Source of the DNA: Terriglobia bacterium
Lineage (GTDB): Bacteria > Acidobacteriota > Terriglobia > 20CM-2-55-15
Direction: 5' to 3'
Assembly: GCA_965218585.1 (NCBI GenBank)
Contig: CBDCLE010000002.1
Location: forward strand, 489,586-553,585
Length of the DNA stretch: 64,000 nt
Position numbers and translations under genes: made by a program. Shown one piece after another: positions 60,676 to 64,000 of this stretch (positions are counted from its first letter, which is position 1; every line of letters starts with the position of its first letter). The notes under the pieces were generated by a model. The model worked only from the letters and a program-made list of their open reading frames with translations. It was not told where the DNA came from and made no database searches.

Positions 60676-63374
60676 ATGGAATCTGGCACCAAACTCGGCC
60701 ATTACGAGATCTCAACACTCTTGGGTAAGGGTGGAATGGGAGAGGTGTGGCGTGCCCGGGACACAAAACTCGGGCGCGAGGTGGCAATCAAGACACTGCC
60801 GGAAGAGTTTGCCAAAGACGCTGATCGGCTGGCACGGTTTGAACGTGAAGCGAAACTCCTGGCGTCGCTCAACCATCCGAACATCGCTGCGATCTACGGA
60901 CTCGAGGAACACGAAGGTACAAGATTCCTTGTGCTCGAACTGGTGGAAGGTCCCACCCTGGGGGACCGCACCAAGCAGGGCGCGGTTCCAGTTGAAGAGT
61001 CTCTGAAGCTCGCTCTGCAGATTTCCGAAGCGTTAGAAGCAGCCCATGGGAAAGGTGTCATTCACCGTGATCTGAAACCGGACAACATCAAAGTCACACC
61101 AGACGGGAAAGTGAAAGTTTTAGATTTCGGCCTGGCCAAAGGGTTCGAAGGAGATGTTGCTGACGCCAGCGTATCGATGTCACCCACGCTGAGCATGCAG
61201 GCGACACAGCAAGGAGTGATTCTCGGCACCGCATCTTACATGAGCCCGGAACAGGCAAGCGGTGAGACAACGGACAAGAGAGCGGACATCTGGTCGTTTG
61301 GTGTTGTTCTGTTCGAAATGTTGACCGGGCAGCAAGTGTTCACCGGGAAGAACGTGTCGCACATTCTCGCCGATGTCCTGCGTGCAGATCCGGAGTGGAA
61401 CCACCTGCCGCCAAATCTCCATCCAAGGCTGTGGATGCTACTGGAACGCTGCCTGGAGAAGGAGGCCAAAGACCGCTGTCACGATATTTCGGATGTGCGT
61501 GTCGACATCCAGAAGGTTCTCTCGGACCCCGATGGCGTTTGGGCGCAGTCGGCGATCGTGGTCGGATCGAACCGGAGTCTTGCGGCTTCGCTTCTCGTCG
61601 TCGCAGCGGTGGCCGTCCTGGCCGCAACGATCTCCGGTGTCGCAGTCTGGAATGCCCGTGCGCCGGCAGATGTCCGTCGGGCGGTACACATGACCATTAC
61701 CTTGCCCGAAAACGAGCAACTCGCCGGTGGCGGCCTTGAAGAAATGTCACCGGTGGCTGCGTCGGTGAATGGTGATATCGCCTATGTCGGCATGCGTGAC
61801 GAGGTCCAGCAACTGTTCCTGCGTCGTCTGGACAGCCGCGAAGCCACGCCGATTCGAGGAAGCGAGGGAGCCACGGGTCCTTTCTTCTCACCAGATGGTC
61901 AATCGATTGGTTTTTTTGCAGCATCCCGGCTCAAGACGGTGTCGATTGATGGTGGTGTACCGAGGGAACTTGCACGGTCGAGTGTCCATCGCGGCGGAAC
62001 CTGGGGAGACGATGGATATATTATCTATTCGATAGACGGTGGGGGTAACGGCCTCCTCCGAATCGCGGATTCAGGAGCGGGTGAGCCCGAGCCTGTGACA
62101 ATACCTGACCCCGAATCTGGAGAAGGATCGCATCGTTTTCCACAGATTTTGCCTGGCGGCGAAGCCATTATATACACGGTCGGGACGGGGGGCAGCTGGG
62201 ACGATGCGCTGATCGTTGCTCAACGGCTGGACTCGGGCGAACGGTTCGACCTCGTCACTGGCAGTGATGCCCGCTACGTGAGGACCGGCCACCTGGTATA
62301 TGTTCGGGCAGGAAGGCTGATGGCCGTGCCCTTCAACCTGGAACGGTTGGACGTCACCGGTGAACCTGTCCCACTGGTCGAAGGCATCATGCAGGCCACC
62401 GACATCACAGGCGCATCGTTTGTGGCCGTTTCGGGAACGGAAACCGGCGAACTGGTATTCGTTCCGGGTGCGTTTCAGGCAACGGATCGAAGGTTGATCT
62501 GGATCGACCCTGCGGGACCGACAGAGCCGCTGTCGATTCCTTCAGGGCCCTACAACCGGCTGAGCCTCTCGCCCGACGGCCTCCGGGTCGCTGTCGAGAT
62601 CGACCAGGGAGACGAACAACAGATCTGGATCCACGACGTGCAGCGGGCCAATGTTCTCACGCCCCTGCCATTGGAAGGGATCCACAATCAGGCACCGACA
62701 ATCACTCCAGACGGGGCCAGCGTGTCGTTTACAAGAGGACCCTTCTCCGCAGGAGGATCCCGTTCGCTGTTTTCGACTCTCATCGATGGCAGCGCCGAGC
62801 CACAACTCCTGCTGGCATCTGAAGACGGGCCCTTCTGGTCGACGTGGTCTACCGATGGACAGATCCTGGTCTTCTCCGTGCAAAAACCAGACAACCAATG
62901 GGACATCCAATACATGCGGCCGGGCAGCGAAGACACGCCACAGCCTTACCTGGCCTCCGACGGAAATCAAATGAAGCCGCTTCTCTCTCTTGATGATAGC
63001 GTGCTGGCCTTTTCTTCGGACGAGCTCGGACGGCAAGAGATATACGTCCGTTCCTTCCCAGACCTGGCGCAAGGGAGACAGTTGATTTCAGCGGGTGGAG
63101 TGACCGACCATGGATTTGCCTGGGCTCGTGAGGGTCGAAGACTCTTTTACCTGACAGGACATCGCATGATAGCTGTCGACATCGAAACCGAGCCGGAGTT
63201 GGCTATCGGGCGCGCGAGGTAGTGTTCGAGACACCCTTCCCGATATCCAAGGAGTTCGACGTCTCACCCGACGGCCGCTTCCTGGTGATCCAGATCGAAG
63301 AACAACATCCGCGCCAGATCGAAGTGAACCTCAACTGGTTTGAAGAACTGAAGGAACGGGTGCCTGTCCCCTGA
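60676..63374 (+). pseudogene. Ser/Thr kinase-TM-TolB/PD40 beta-propeller protein 2, frameshifted near 63208-63217
   Basis: Same architecture as protein 1. The C-terminus EVVFETPFPISKEFDVSPDGRF...LNWFEELKERVPVP lies in another frame, ending at TGA 63374. Confidence 0.88.
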
Positions 63375-63383
63375 TTTCCGAGG

Positions 63384-63417
63384 TCAAGTCCTGATAAATC
63401 ATCTTGTCGGACGTTGA
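63384..63417. repeat. 34-bp palindromic site D
   Basis: tcaagtcctgataa-atcatc-ttgtcggacgttga. Confidence 0.8.
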
Positions 63418-63536
63418 GAAGTTTCCAGCCGTGCGAGTTCCTCGAACGTCAGGTTCTCAATTTCATCCTTTGCGGCAAGGACAAGTGGTATCCGGTTGTC
63501 CCTATGTGAAATGAGTACAGACAGTGGGGAAGCATA

Positions 63537-64000
63537 GTGAATCGGCGATTGATCGTGATCGTGGGGCAGGAGGGAGCTGGAAAGACGACCATCATTCGAG
63601 CTCTATTGGAACGCACACCAAATGGTGCTCAGATCGATGCCGAGGATGTCGGCCAGGTTAATCCGTGGTCGATGGATGCAAAATTCCTTGATCTCTTGGG
63701 GCGAAACGTCAGCTCCTTGGCCAAGAACTTCTGGGACGCTGGATATGAGAATGTTCTTGCTGGGAGCTTTCTTAACAATCGTGTGGAGTTGGATCGCTTC
63801 CGAACTCTGATCGCGGTGGATGTCGAATGGGTAGTCGTGCAACTTTGCGCATCGAAAAGTGTCCGCGACGAAAGGCGCATCGCACGAGACAAGGCTTCAA
63901 GCCCTGAGTTGCGTGAGATGGTGGACGCGGCATGCCCCGAAGATGTAACGCTTGCGTCAGGTGAGCGTTGGTACCGCTATTTGCGGGTTGATGACGGAGA
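63537..64000 (+). CDS. P-loop nucleotide kinase-like protein (runs off the window end)
   Basis: GTG start; LIVIVGQEGAGKTT Walker A, IDAED; open to the end of the window. Confidence 0.75.
   Translation, partial: MNRRLIVIVGQEGAGKTTIIRALLERTPNGAQIDAEDVGQVNPWSMDAKFLDLLGRNVSSLAKNFWDAGYENVLAGSFLNNRVELDRFRTLIAVDVEWVVVQLCASKSVRDERRIARDKASSPELREMVDAACPEDVTLASGERWYRYLRVDDG

Noticed and set aside
57851-63374. Diversity-generating retroelement or integron driving kinase variation
   Set aside because: No reverse transcriptase, no adenine-specific TR/VR pair, no IntI, and the sites lack RYYYAAC/GTTRRRY attC ends.

Overview
GC-rich bacterial chromosomal window. The gene content (DUF6152 proteins, kinase/TolB-propeller proteins, PQQ dehydrogenase, M16 peptidase) suggests Acidobacteriota or similar; that taxon is an inference. 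Bases 1-22.8 kb hold ordinary metabolic and envelope genes with no IS. Bases 22.9-57.4 kb hold ten IS elements from six families (2x IS701, 1x ISNCY/rve-type, 2x IS1380, 3x IS256, 1x IS1595 with passenger genes, 1x IS21), about 17.6 kb in all, plus a displaced tRNA-Arg 3' half that marks an island attachment site. Swapped target duplications show that the 20-kb segment 32077-52100 between the inverted IS1380 copies has been inverted. This split an ECF sigma factor from its last codons and from a likely partner Ser/Thr kinase. The most unusual feature is at 57.6-63.4 kb. There, two tandem receptor-like Ser/Thr kinases with conserved ends and divergent beta-propeller sensor regions are bracketed by four related 34-bp (14-6-14) palindromic sites. 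These resemble tyrosine-recombinase (dif/lox-type) sites and suggest a recombinable kinase cassette system. Many genes carry nonsense codons or frameshifts, which may reflect real decay and/or long-read indel errors.
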